The notes under the pieces: model-generated
Told to the model about the DNA's origin: nothing
The model's database searches: none
What the model saw: only the letters and a program-made list of their open reading frames with translations
Shown: in pieces, positions 28,067 through 36,432 of the stretch
Position numbering within the stretch: position 1 is the first letter of the stretch
Layout: each line of letters begins with the position of its first letter
Made by a program: the position numbers and the translations under genes
Source: an uncultured virus (IMG/VR IMGVR_UViG_3300042890_004141)
Taxonomy: Duplodnaviria > Heunggongvirae > Uroviricota > Caudoviricetes
Strand: one strand, 5' to 3'
Length of the DNA: 64,000 bases
IMG/VR virus record: IMGVR_UViG_3300042890_004141
Coordinates: 1 to 64,000 of that record

Positions 28067-30661
28067 TTAAAATTTAAAGAATTTATTAATGTTACGGTTA
28101 AGCACTACAGCACCCCATCCTAAATCTGAATATAATGACTCTAATTTGTTCTTCAAAACTGAATCGAATAAGCCATCTCGGTCAATATATTTTTCTATAA
28201 ACTCCATTAGTTCTGGAGGGTCATTATATCCATTAAATCCGACCACATCAATTCTATAGGGATTATCTTTTAAGTAAGCAATAAACATTTTATCACCTAT
28301 TTGAAATGTAGGATATTTTTTATCTAGATTTTTAAATCTTAGAATATCATTATAGTAAATAGCAGCTTTAGTATTAATAGGACACTTTGAACCTAATTTA
28401 GAAAATACCTCACCAGCACGAGGTGGTGCTGCTAAATATTCACTCATTTTCTTTAAGCCTGTAGGTTTAAGAATTTTTCTCCAATCAATGGTTCTTAATT
28501 CAGTTCTAAAATCTAAGATTTGTTTATCAATATCAGTTTTAGGTTTACCAAACATAATTTCATTAATAATGTTTTCCCCAAACTTTCTAAATAGGGGTGG
28601 AAAATTAGATTTCATCAAATCTAATCCTTTAACATCCAATTCATCTACCGGTACACCTTCTTTATTAACAATATGTTGGGCGTATCTCCTCTTACCTGCA
28701 AAATAACCTCTATCAAGTACAACTTCTTGCTTTAGTTCAAAGTAATGAGTAGCGTCCTTTCCTAAGTTAAAAGCTGTTTTAGCAAAGTTACCAATAAATT
28801 CATTAGCCATTTTTTGTAACTCACTAGCTATAACTAATATTTTATTGATAACATCTTCCCTATTATTAAAATCAATATCAGGATGTCTAGCTATTAATAA
28901 GTCCTTACATTGAATAAACAATGAGTCTGTATCACTAGTAACAATATAATCTTTATGAATTTCATTACCTAATTCTTTATTTAAGTATTCATTCATGTTC
29001 CTAATACTTTCTTGTAATAGTCTTTGGCCTGATAAAGTAATAGCTTTACTAATAAATTTATTTCCATCTGTGTATCTCCAACCATTTTGAGCAAACACAC
29101 CATAAACATCATTTAATTTAATTTTATAAGCATGTTGACGTCGGTCATAAAAAGCACCCATAACCGGATCATTATCTACCTTATATGCTTTTTTCATTAA
29201 CTTCTTATATTCTTGTCGTTTAGCAAACCAGTCAGCTAAGATTTCACAAACCACACTTGATTTATCTTTTCTAAACAACACACCAGGAGCAGATACAATT
29301 AAATTATTTTTTTCAATAACATCAATAATTTCACTCACTGTTATTTCAGAACGAACTAAAGTTCTATTCTTTTTAACTTTTTCAATATAGATAATTTTAT
29401 CAGGACTCATAGATTTAAGTTCCTGGAGTGACCATTGATTATCGTATTTGTCTTTATTTACAATCCTACCTACTAGTGTTTCAATACCCATATTAAGAGA
29501 GCGGATAATAGAAGGATATAGTGAGGTAAAGTCCAAGTCAATAACCCACTCATATAAACCAGGTGTAGGATCTTTTAAATAACCACCAGCATATTCTTCT
29601 TCTAATGTTCTTAAAGCTGGATTGTAAGTAGTTGGTTTATTAGGTGAGATAATTCCTTTACGTTTTAAGTAAGTCAAAATAGCTCCCTCATTCAACATAG
29701 TTGAATAATAAATAGCCTCATACTCAGTATGACATAAATGACCAATTGTAACTGTTAACTCAATAAACTTCATTCTGTTTTCAAGTTCAACAATAATCTC
29801 TACATCTCGTAAGTTATAATCAATAAATGTGTGAGGATCTTCTTTAAATAGTTTATCAAGTGAACCTTGATATTCTATTTTTTCTAACTTAGCATATTTT
29901 TTACCTATGTCTCCTAAACGATAAGATGGTTCTTGTTTCATAATATACTTTTTAAATAAAAGCATATAATCAAGATGATTAATACCTCCTAAATTAACTG
30001 GTTGGTCTGCAAATTGAGGGGTGAATTTAATTTTATTGATAGGAGATAAAGTAGCAGCTATTGTTTCACCTAATACTTTCTTGATACGATAATATAAATA
30101 AGGAATATCAAAGAAACCACTATTCCAACCTGTAATAATAGTAGGATCAAGTTCATACCATTTATCTAAAAATCCATGTAGTAATTCTTTTTCAGTAGAG
30201 TAAGGTATAACTTCTTTATTTTCTTCTTTAACATCCTTAAGTGTTTTATCTTTATCTAAAATCATACAATAGTATTTTTTAGAATTATGATCATATAAAG
30301 CAACAGCTGTTATTTCACCTTTAGGATCTTTAATATTTTCTTCAGTTAATGCTCCAGCAACAACACACTCAATATCTAAATAAATAATGTTATGAGATTT
30401 AGGAGTGTCATCTGTTTCATAATAGTGGTCTACTAAAAAACGAGTTAATTTATCAACATCTTTTTCATAGTACTTAGGATCTTTCCAATCATCCATCTTT
30501 TTGACTGGTGTTACTTTAGTACCTTCCAATGTTTCAAATTCACCATCAGGGTCTGCTTGATATAAGGTAGGCCAGTATTTAACTGTTTTAAATCCATCCC
30601 ATCTATCATCTCGCAAATAATATTGTTTTTCGTCTTTATCGAAATATAGAGCTTGATACAT
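28067..30661 (-). CDS. DNA polymerase family B
   Basis: Exo LDIE, GWNS.FFD, YNLRD; Pol DLDFTSLYPS, KIKLNDVYG, SDTDS. Confidence 0.96.
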   Translation of the reverse strand: MYQALYFDKDEKQYYLRDDRWDGFKTVKYWPTLYQADPDGEFETLEGTKVTPVKKMDDWKDPKYYEKDVDKLTRFLVDHYYETDDTPKSHNIIYLDIECVVAGALTEENIKDPKGEITAVALYDHNSKKYYCMILDKDKTLKDVKEENKEVIPYSTEKELLHGFLDKWYELDPTIITGWNSGFFDIPYLYYRIKKVLGETIAATLSPINKIKFTPQFADQPVNLGGINHLDYMLLFKKYIMKQEPSYRLGDIGKKYAKLEKIEYQGSLDKLFKEDPHTFIDYNLRDVEIIVELENRMKFIELTVTIGHLCHTEYEAIYYSTMLNEGAILTYLKRKGIISPNKPTTYNPALRTLEEEYAGGYLKDPTPGLYEWVIDLDFTSLYPSIIRSLNMGIETLVGRIVNKDKYDNQWSLQELKSMSPDKIIYIEKVKKNRTLVRSEITVSEIIDVIEKNNLIVSAPGVLFRKDKSSVVCEILADWFAKRQEYKKLMKKAYKVDNDPVMGAFYDRRQHAYKIKLNDVYGVFAQNGWRYTDGNKFISKAITLSGQRLLQESIRNMNEYLNKELGNEIHKDYIVTSDTDSLFIQCKDLLIARHPDIDFNNREDVINKILVIASELQKMANEFIGNFAKTAFNLGKDATHYFELKQEVVLDRGYFAGKRRYAQHIVNKEGVPVDELDVKGLDLMKSNFPPLFRKFGENIINEIMFGKPKTDIDKQILDFRTELRTIDWRKILKPTGLKKMSEYLAAPPRAGEVFSKLGSKCPINTKAAIYYNDILRFKNLDKKYPTFQIGDKMFIAYLKDNPYRIDVVGFNGYNDPPELMEFIEKYIDRDGLFDSVLKNKLESLYSDLGWGAVVLNRNINKFFKF

Positions 30662-30665
30662 ACTA

Positions 30666-30700
30666 TTAATATAACAAGAAAGGCTTGGTTGCCCAAGCCT
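30666..30700 (-). promoter_or_regulatory. promoter overlapping a hairpin upstream of PolB
   Basis: CTTGG-N19-TATATTAA; AGGCTTGG/CCAAGCCT inverted repeat at 30681-30700. Confidence 0.6.
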
Positions 30701-30721
30701 ATCTTTTCAAAAGTGTTTTAA

Positions 30722-31219
30722 TTATTTTTTATAAGCAGTATTTAATCCTTGCCATTGGCCATCATACTGTTCACCTACTTCTTCTACTCTCCAAAAGGCA
30801 ATTTGAGCAATTCTAGCATCTTTTTCAATAATGATTGAATTATTAACAATCATTGTAGTGTTCATAACCTCGCAATGGAAACCTGGATCCCACCAAGGTG
30901 ATTCAATTTCTGTTCCTGTACGATATAAAGATGAACGGTGAGTAATCTTAGCAGCACAATCATCAGGCACTTTAATACCTTCATTAAATGTTACTGAGTA
31001 AACACCTTTTGATAGCCTCCAACAATCCCTGCCATCAATTTTAATCAATGGTTGTTCATGATAAAAAGCAGGATCAATATGTGTTTTGTCTTTATAGACT
31101 ACTGAACCAGCTGTAATCCATTCAATTTTTTGAACAGATAAGTCAATACCGATTTGAGCTCGTTTTGAAAACTCAGATTCGATAACATAATTTGAAATTT
31201 GATTTGAATTTAATAACAT
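30722..31219 (-). CDS. trimeric dUTPase / dCTP deaminase family protein
   Basis: GIDL, RSSLYRTG, WDPGF, RIAQ, YDGQWQ. Confidence 0.85.
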   Translation of the reverse strand: MLLNSNQISNYVIESEFSKRAQIGIDLSVQKIEWITAGSVVYKDKTHIDPAFYHEQPLIKIDGRDCWRLSKGVYSVTFNEGIKVPDDCAAKITHRSSLYRTGTEIESPWWDPGFHCEVMNTTMIVNNSIIIEKDARIAQIAFWRVEEVGEQYDGQWQGLNTAYKK

Positions 31220-31392
31220 TATTTTTTTAATTTACTTAATATTTTGTCCCAAAACAAGTCTAACTTGTCTTTTCTTGCTTTACAACCACAATCATTATAG
31301 CCCATTTTTTTAGCTATAAATAAAGCAATTCGGTGGCCTTGTCCAAATGTAATTACACGAATTGCTATTTCAACAAACCCACCTAGCTTCAT
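31219..31392 (-). CDS. hypothetical protein
   Basis: Manual translation MKLVGFVEIAIRVITFGQG...DCGCKARK (57 aa). Confidence 0.6.
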   Translation of the reverse strand: MKLGGFVEIAIRVITFGQGHRIALFIAKKMGYNDCGCKARKDKLDLFWDKILSKLKK

Positions 31393-31655
31393 TAGATTTG
31401 ATGTCCTCCGTTATTGATTTTAATACTATCGTCTTCTCCGTAGGTTTGTTCATATAATTCTGTTGCTACTTCTGCTAAAACATCACCATTTCTATACTTA
31501 CCCATAACATTTAGTACAAACATTACCATTTCCTTTTTGTGCATTTCTTTGGCTTGTTCTTTAACATTTTCTTTTGATTCTTCACTGTAAAATTCTGTTG
31601 TTTCAAATTGTTTAATTAGCCACTCCACTGCCGTTTGTTGTTTATTGTTTGTCAT
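31392..31655 (-). CDS. cassette-array gene F (MTNNKQQTAVEWL family)
   Basis: Shares start and EQAKEM/TYG motifs with neighbours; atypical tail DDSIKINNGGHQI. Confidence 0.75.
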   Translation of the reverse strand: MTNNKQQTAVEWLIKQFETTEFYSEESKENVKEQAKEMHKKEMVMFVLNVMGKYRNGDVLAEVATELYEQTYGEDDSIKINNGGHQI

Positions 31656-31658
31656 TGC

Positions 31659-31880
31659 TCACCTCCCTTGTATTCTTATTTTATCACGCATCCATCTAAT
31701 CCCTGCTTTAAAATTTAATCTTTCTAAAGGATTGTCTAACCATTCAATTTCTTTATCTATCTCCTCATCACTTGGTAGTTGGATGGGAATTTGAGATAAA
31801 AGTATTTTATCCTCTGAATTATAAGTAAACCTTGCTAAATCTAACATTTTTTTTACTTGTTCTTCTGTGTATAGTTTCAT
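31659..31880 (-). CDS. cassette-array gene E (MKLYTE/LPSDEEI family)
   Basis: Paralog of 31877..32110. Confidence 0.75.
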   Translation of the reverse strand: MKLYTEEQVKKMLDLARFTYNSEDKILLSQIPIQLPSDEEIDKEIEWLDNPLERLNFKAGIRWMRDKIRIQGR

Positions 31881-32110
31881 TGCTCACCTCCTTGTATTTT
31901 ATTACGCATCCAAGTTGCACCACCTAAGTAAGATACATCGTAAGGATCAAATTCATCAAACTCCATACCATCCAACTCCATCATTTTTTTAATCTCCTCA
32001 TCACTTGGTAGTTCGATGCATGGCACTAAATTATTTGCAAGGTCGGATAGTTCCATAATACCTTCATCTAAAAGGTATCTTGTTAATTGCTTTTCTGTGT
32101 ATAGTTTCAT
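31877..32110 (-). CDS. cassette-array gene D (MKLYTE/LPSDEEI family)
   Basis: MKLYTE...LPSDEEI...WMRNKIQGGEQ. Confidence 0.75.
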   Translation of the reverse strand: MKLYTEKQLTRYLLDEGIMELSDLANNLVPCIELPSDEEIKKMMELDGMEFDEFDPYDVSYLGGATWMRNKIQGGEQ

Positions 32111-32433
32111 TGTTCACCTCCTCCGTAGGTTTCGTAGTAGTATTGTTCACCAGTTAGTGGTAGTGTACTTTCAGGATAATCAATTCCATGAACTGTTCCT
32201 TTGTTGTATGCAGTTTCAATTCTTTCTTTCTCCATTTCTTTGGCTTTTTCAAGTAATTTAATATACTGAATCTCAAATTCTTTCAGTGATATTTCCTCAT
32301 TGTTTAATTTTGTAAGTAAATCCACATAAGATTTTGCTAACCAATCTACTGCCAGTTTATTGTTTGTCATATTTTCTGTGTTTGTGTAAAGATGAATTAT
32401 GTTTTTAAGTTTACTTATTTTATTGTTTGTCAT
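32107..32433 (-). CDS. cassette-array gene C (MTNNK family, doubled start)
   Basis: MTNNK occurs twice; AVDWL...KAKEME...ETYGGGEQ. Confidence 0.75.
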   Translation of the reverse strand: MTNNKISKLKNIIHLYTNTENMTNNKLAVDWLAKSYVDLLTKLNNEEISLKEFEIQYIKLLEKAKEMEKERIETAYNKGTVHGIDYPESTLPLTGEQYYYETYGGGEQ

Positions 32434-32651
32434 TTGTTACCTCCTTCGTAGGTTAATTCAATTACCTTAAACTCAAGTATACCGACATTGTTATTGCTAT
32501 TGACAAAATGTTCAATTTCACCCAATGTTGTATTCTGATTACATAACATTGATGGATTTATAACCTTCCAATCATCTGGGCCAATTTGAATACTTGTCTT
32601 AAAAGTTGCTACAAATTGTTTTACTGCCGTTTGTTGTTTATTGTTTTCCAT
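32430..32651 (-). CDS. cassette-array gene B
   Basis: MENNKQQTAV...TYEGGNK with unrelated core. Confidence 0.75.
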   Translation of the reverse strand: MENNKQQTAVKQFVATFKTSIQIGPDDWKVINPSMLCNQNTTLGEIEHFVNSNNNVGILEFKVIELTYEGGNK

Positions 32652-33072
32652 TTACTATTTCAATTAATTTTTTAAGACAAGCAAGTTCTGCTTCTTCGTA
32701 TGGTTGATATTTCATCTCCCATTGTTTAGGGTCTGTATTATAATGACCAATAACAGAAATATCCCACCAGGTAGTTTTATTAATTAGTCCTCCAATATAA
32801 TTGATTTGACATCTAAGATTGTGGTTCTCTCTAAACCATCTAAATGCTTGTGAGAATGTTGGTGCTCCGAACCATTTTAACCTATCATGTTTTTGAAAAG
32901 GTATATAATCTCCTGATGCATCTCTTATATTGTTAAAGTAAAATGATTCAGCATTTTTTCCATCATAAAAAGCTAAACAAGGTTCATCAAATCCAAGTTG
33001 CTTTAACTCTAAAGCAAGTTCGTAGGGTACAAATTCTTTGTTCATCTCCGTTTGTTGTTTATTGTTTGTCAT
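32638..33072 (-). CDS. cassette-array gene A
   Basis: MTNNKQQT leader fused to EFVPYELALELKQLGFDEPC...YEEAELACLKKLIE core. Confidence 0.75.
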   Translation of the reverse strand: MTNNKQQTEMNKEFVPYELALELKQLGFDEPCLAFYDGKNAESFYFNNIRDASGDYIPFQKHDRLKWFGAPTFSQAFRWFRENHNLRCQINYIGGLINKTTWWDISVIGHYNTDPKQWEMKYQPYEEAELACLKKLIEIVNGKQ

Positions 33073-33091
33073 AACTTTTATTTCTATACCG

Positions 33092-33123
33092 TAAATATAC
33101 GAACATTATTTCAAAAAGCCAAA
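33092..33123 (-). promoter_or_regulatory. early/middle promoter driving the cassette array
   Basis: TTTGG-N19-TATATTTA. Confidence 0.75.
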
Positions 33124-33130
33124 TCTGTTT

Positions 33131-33748
33131 TTAAATTTCTTTATATTTCCAAATAAAACCACCTGATGATTTTTGTCTTCCTTTACATGTTCCTATTATA
33201 CCCATTTCTGATTTATAACCTAGATAATCTCTAGCTTCATTTATGCTATCCCATTCTTTAATAGGAATACCAGATAAATCACATTGGATAACTGATTTTT
33301 TATGGGGGTTAGCATTTTTCATTCTTTGGATTGTATTGAGGGATGTTGATCTTTTTTTAGCTATACCTATTTTATCTATGTTTACTTCTGTATAGGTAGG
33401 ATTAGTTTTAGTTATTAAATGACATAAGTATATTAAATCATTATCATCAATATCTGATTTTATGTGATTAATAGCTTTATGGACCCATCTAATATTATCT
33501 TTTTCATATCCTTTGGAACTATCAATTCTATCTAAAGAGGCTGTGTTTAAATGGTAATTATAAGATATTGTAGCGTTTACAATATTAATATCTACCTTTG
33601 TTAAAGCACATTTTTTGTTTTGTTTTAAAAATAAATCCCATAAGTAATCTATATCTAAATCAAAACTTAAACCTCTTTTGATAGCGTTTGATTGTATTTT
33701 TTTAAAAAAAGTAATACAAATTTTTTCTGATGATTTTTTTCTAGCCAT
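33131..33748 (-). mobile_element. free-standing homing endonuclease (HNH/endo VII-like with NUMOD1-type C-terminus)
   Basis: KCALT, ASLDRIDSSKGYEKDNIRWV..IN..K; VIQCDLSG...CKGRQKSSGGFIWKY. Confidence 0.8.
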
Positions 33749-33755
33749 GTTTATG

Positions 33756-33785
33756 TTCTATGTGTCTATACATATGCACATAGAA
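33756..33785 (-). promoter_or_regulatory. 9-bp hairpin with late-promoter variant in loop
   Basis: TTCTATGTG / CACATAGAA inverted repeat ending 7 nt before ATG; loop has ATATGTATA. Confidence 0.65.
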
Positions 33786-33793
33786 ACTAAAAA

Positions 33794-34468
33794 TTAACCC
33801 ATTTTAATCATCTCTAAAACTTCCATTTTAGCTGTTTTAGTATGATCAGCAAAAACTCCACTTACTTCACTTGTCATCATAGAAGCACCCTGATGTTTTA
33901 CACCGCGACATGAGACGCAATTGTGTGTTGCTTTAACCATAACCATTACCCCAACATTTCCTTCACAAATTTTGTCAATAGCATTATGAATAGCCATAGT
34001 AAGTTGTTCTTGAATAGCACCTCTACGTCCAAAATGATCAACAATGCGGTTTAATTTACTTAAACCCACCACATTACCTTCAGGACCGGGGATGTAAGCA
34101 ATGTGAACTACTCCCATAATTGTTTGGTGGTGGTGCGAACATTGACTAATTAAAGGAATATCTTTTTCTAATACAATTCCTTGATACCCATCACTTGGAA
34201 ATGAGGTAATGTCACTCATAGCATCGTAACGACCTTTCCACAAATCAAATACATAAGCTTTAGCTACACGGCGAGGTGTATCAGCACTGTTAGGATCATT
34301 TCTCCAATCACATTGTAAAGCATCTAAAAATTTACCATAAGCTTCTGCTGCCTCATCTACCATTGACCACTTTTCTTTCTCAGTAAATGGGAAACCAGGA
34401 GCAATACCATTAGCATAACCTTGTTTTACACACTCTAGATCGAGTGTAAATGTTTTATTTTTTTCCAT
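33794..34468 (-). CDS. folE: GTP cyclohydrolase I
   Basis: TPRRVA, SQCSHH, GLSKLNR, QEQLT, H.CVSCRG. Confidence 0.95.
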   Translation of the reverse strand: MEKNKTFTLDLECVKQGYANGIAPGFPFTEKEKWSMVDEAAEAYGKFLDALQCDWRNDPNSADTPRRVAKAYVFDLWKGRYDAMSDITSFPSDGYQGIVLEKDIPLISQCSHHHQTIMGVVHIAYIPGPEGNVVGLSKLNRIVDHFGRRGAIQEQLTMAIHNAIDKICEGNVGVMVMVKATHNCVSCRGVKHQGASMMTSEVSGVFADHTKTAKMEVLEMIKMG

Positions 34469-34478
34469 AACTTATATT

Positions 34479-34510
34479 GTAATATATTAATCTTCAGGTA
34501 AGTGGCCAAG
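34479..34510 (-). promoter_or_regulatory. early/middle promoter variant
   Basis: CTTGG-N19-TATATTAC. Confidence 0.55.
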
Positions 34511-34990
34511 TATATGTGGTAAGTTTCTTTTAGTTCCATCAACTGAATCTAAACCATATCCTACTAGCCAGTACTCATTTTCTAAATTAAAACCATACAT
34601 TAGATCAGGATTGTTAACTGTGTGTCTTTTAAACAAAGTTATTGGAGTTATTGATTTTGGATTTGATAAATTTAAATGAGTTATTAAAGCATTCATTGTA
34701 TTACCTGAATCGTAGATATCATCTACAATATAAACATCTCTTCCTTCAATATTAGTTTCAATTGATTTAGAAATTTGGATTGTGTTTTGTGTTATACCCT
34801 CATAAGATTTAGCACGTATAAAGTCTATATGACAATCACCTACACGCTTCACTAAATCTGTAAAGAACATAAACGCCCCATTTAAAACACAAATAAAAAC
34901 GGGAGGATAATCATGTTGTTTTTTTGTAATATTGTAGGCCAACTCACCTACTTTGTTTTTAATTTCTTGTTCTGTAAATAAAGTTATCAT
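34487..34990 (-). CDS. hpt: hypoxanthine/guanine phosphoribosyltransferase-like
   Basis: VLNGAFMFFTDL, IVDDIYDSGNT (PRPP loop), VGYGLD. Confidence 0.88.
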   Translation of the reverse strand: MITLFTEQEIKNKVGELAYNITKKQHDYPPVFICVLNGAFMFFTDLVKRVGDCHIDFIRAKSYEGITQNTIQISKSIETNIEGRDVYIVDDIYDSGNTMNALITHLNLSNPKSITPITLFKRHTVNNPDLMYGFNLENEYWLVGYGLDSVDGTKRNLPHILGHLPED

Positions 34991-35226
34991 TTTACTAATT
35001 TTTTCAATACATCTTTTACTTCATCAGCACCTTCAAATAAGTGCTTACCATTTTTATCTTCAATAACTAAAGTAGGTACCCATTCAATATTAAAAGATTC
35101 AGTGATTAAATCTTCTTCATAAGTATTAACCATTTTAATGTTAGTATGTTTACTAAACTCAGTCATTATAGGTTTTAATTCGGCACATTTGCCGCATTCA
35201 TCATTATAGAAAAATGTTATGTTCAT
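34987..35226 (-). CDS. thioredoxin-like protein
   Basis: CGKC, VPTLV. Confidence 0.8.
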   Translation of the reverse strand: MNITFFYNDECGKCAELKPIMTEFSKHTNIKMVNTYEEDLITESFNIEWVPTLVIEDKNGKHLFEGADEVKDVLKKLVK

Positions 35227-35237
35227 TATTATAAATA

Positions 35238-35639
35238 TTATAATTTTGATTCGGGGAGTTTAAATACACGTTTTACTTGTTCTGAAATAGGTATTGGGGC
35301 TCCTTCTTCATCTACTCTAACAAATGTCATATTTGTAGCTAGTAAAATAACCTCATCACCCCTAAATACATTATATCCTCTTGCCTCAATATTAAAAGTA
35401 GCTGATGTGTTTCCTACTTTAAACATTTCAGCATATATTTTAACAAGTTGTTTTTCTTTAGCAGGTTTTAAAAATACACACTTATCCATAGCAACAGTAA
35501 TCATGTTTTGACTTCTACATTTTTCCATTGCATAAGCAGCAACCGCGGCATCTATCCAGCTAAGCAATTTGCCGCCAAATAGATTACCGTGGAAACCTAA
35601 ATCTGATTTTTTAACTGGGTGTGTTGATAGTAAATCCAT
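35238..35639 (-). CDS. acyl-CoA thioesterase (hotdog fold)
   Basis: HGNLFGGKLLSWID, VGNTS, TFVRVDEEG.P.PI. Confidence 0.88.
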   Translation of the reverse strand: MDLLSTHPVKKSDLGFHGNLFGGKLLSWIDAAVAAYAMEKCRSQNMITVAMDKCVFLKPAKEKQLVKIYAEMFKVGNTSATFNIEARGYNVFRGDEVILLATNMTFVRVDEEGAPIPISEQVKRVFKLPESKL

Positions 35640-36430
35640 TATACAGCCCTGCGAGTATCATATGAGATTATGTGGTCACGACCAGTCCAATTATATCCCA
35701 TTTCAAATGCTTTTTCTAAGCTAATAGGATATTGTTTAATCAATTCCTCTCTATTATCACCAGCGGGCATTAACCAAGTTTTGTTTTTAGGAATATTCAT
35801 TTCAACCCTAAATGCTTCAATTTCTTGAATGTTTTCTTTAGTACCATCATAAACTGGTTTGTAATGATAGTCTGTATGGTAATCTAAAGTTTTACGAATT
35901 GCCTCTTTATTCAAACGAAGTTTGTTGTGTTGGTCAATCATTTTCTGATCCACGAGCTTACCCATTGGAGTGGTAACGTCAAGAGCAGGAACAGAATTAC
36001 TAAACTTTGGAGATAAAGATACCAACCCAAACGGGTAATCAGTTTCAATAAAATGACTACCTTCTGTTTCAATGGTTATACATATACCACGCTCATGAGC
36101 AAAGTGAGTTAATTCATTACAAAGGTCAGGTTGCATAGTAGGTGAGCCACCAGTTAACATCATTTCTGTAATTTCAGGATTCTCATCATAAATTTTAATA
36201 ATGTCATTAAATGTATAAATACCTTTTTCAGGGTGGATACTTGTATACCAACTATCACACCATCCACCTGCACCAAACCAACATCTGTGAGTACAACCTG
36301 TAGTTCTAATAGCTACTGTTGGTCTACCTTGTCTTGAACCTTCACTCTGAATGCAAGTGTAAACCTCAAGTACAGGTAATTTTTTATTATAGTCAAGAAT
36401 ACGACCTGGTTTTTTAATTTCTTTTTCCAT
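35639..36430 (-). CDS. queE: 7-carboxy-7-deazaguanine synthase (radical SAM)
   Basis: IQSEG...IRTTGC, CxxxCx7C, TGGSP, IETEG, SLSPK, LMP. Confidence 0.92.
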   Translation of the reverse strand: MEKEIKKPGRILDYNKKLPVLEVYTCIQSEGSRQGRPTVAIRTTGCTHRCWFGAGGWCDSWYTSIHPEKGIYTFNDIIKIYDENPEITEMMLTGGSPTMQPDLCNELTHFAHERGICITIETEGSHFIETDYPFGLVSLSPKFSNSVPALDVTTPMGKLVDQKMIDQHNKLRLNKEAIRKTLDYHTDYHYKPVYDGTKENIQEIEAFRVEMNIPKNKTWLMPAGDNREELIKQYPISLEKAFEMGYNWTGRDHIISYDTRRAV

Positions 36431-36432
36431 TA

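Larger units (their letters stand above)
31436..33072 (-). repeat. dispersed direct junction repeats
   Basis: ATGACAAACAATAAACAACAAACGG identical at 33048-33072 and 31631-31655, 2 mismatches at 32627-32651; 30-nt repeat 31863-31892 vs 32093-32122 (1 mismatch); 22-nt repeat 31759-31780 vs 31992-32013; AAACCTACGGAG at 31436-31447 and 32121-32132. Confidence 0.9.

Noticed and set aside
31436..33072. CRISPR array or DGR interpretation of the junction repeats
   Set aside because: Repeats are 200-400 bp apart, separated by intact ORFs and non-palindromic; no reverse transcriptase or adenine-specific TR/VR pair is visible.
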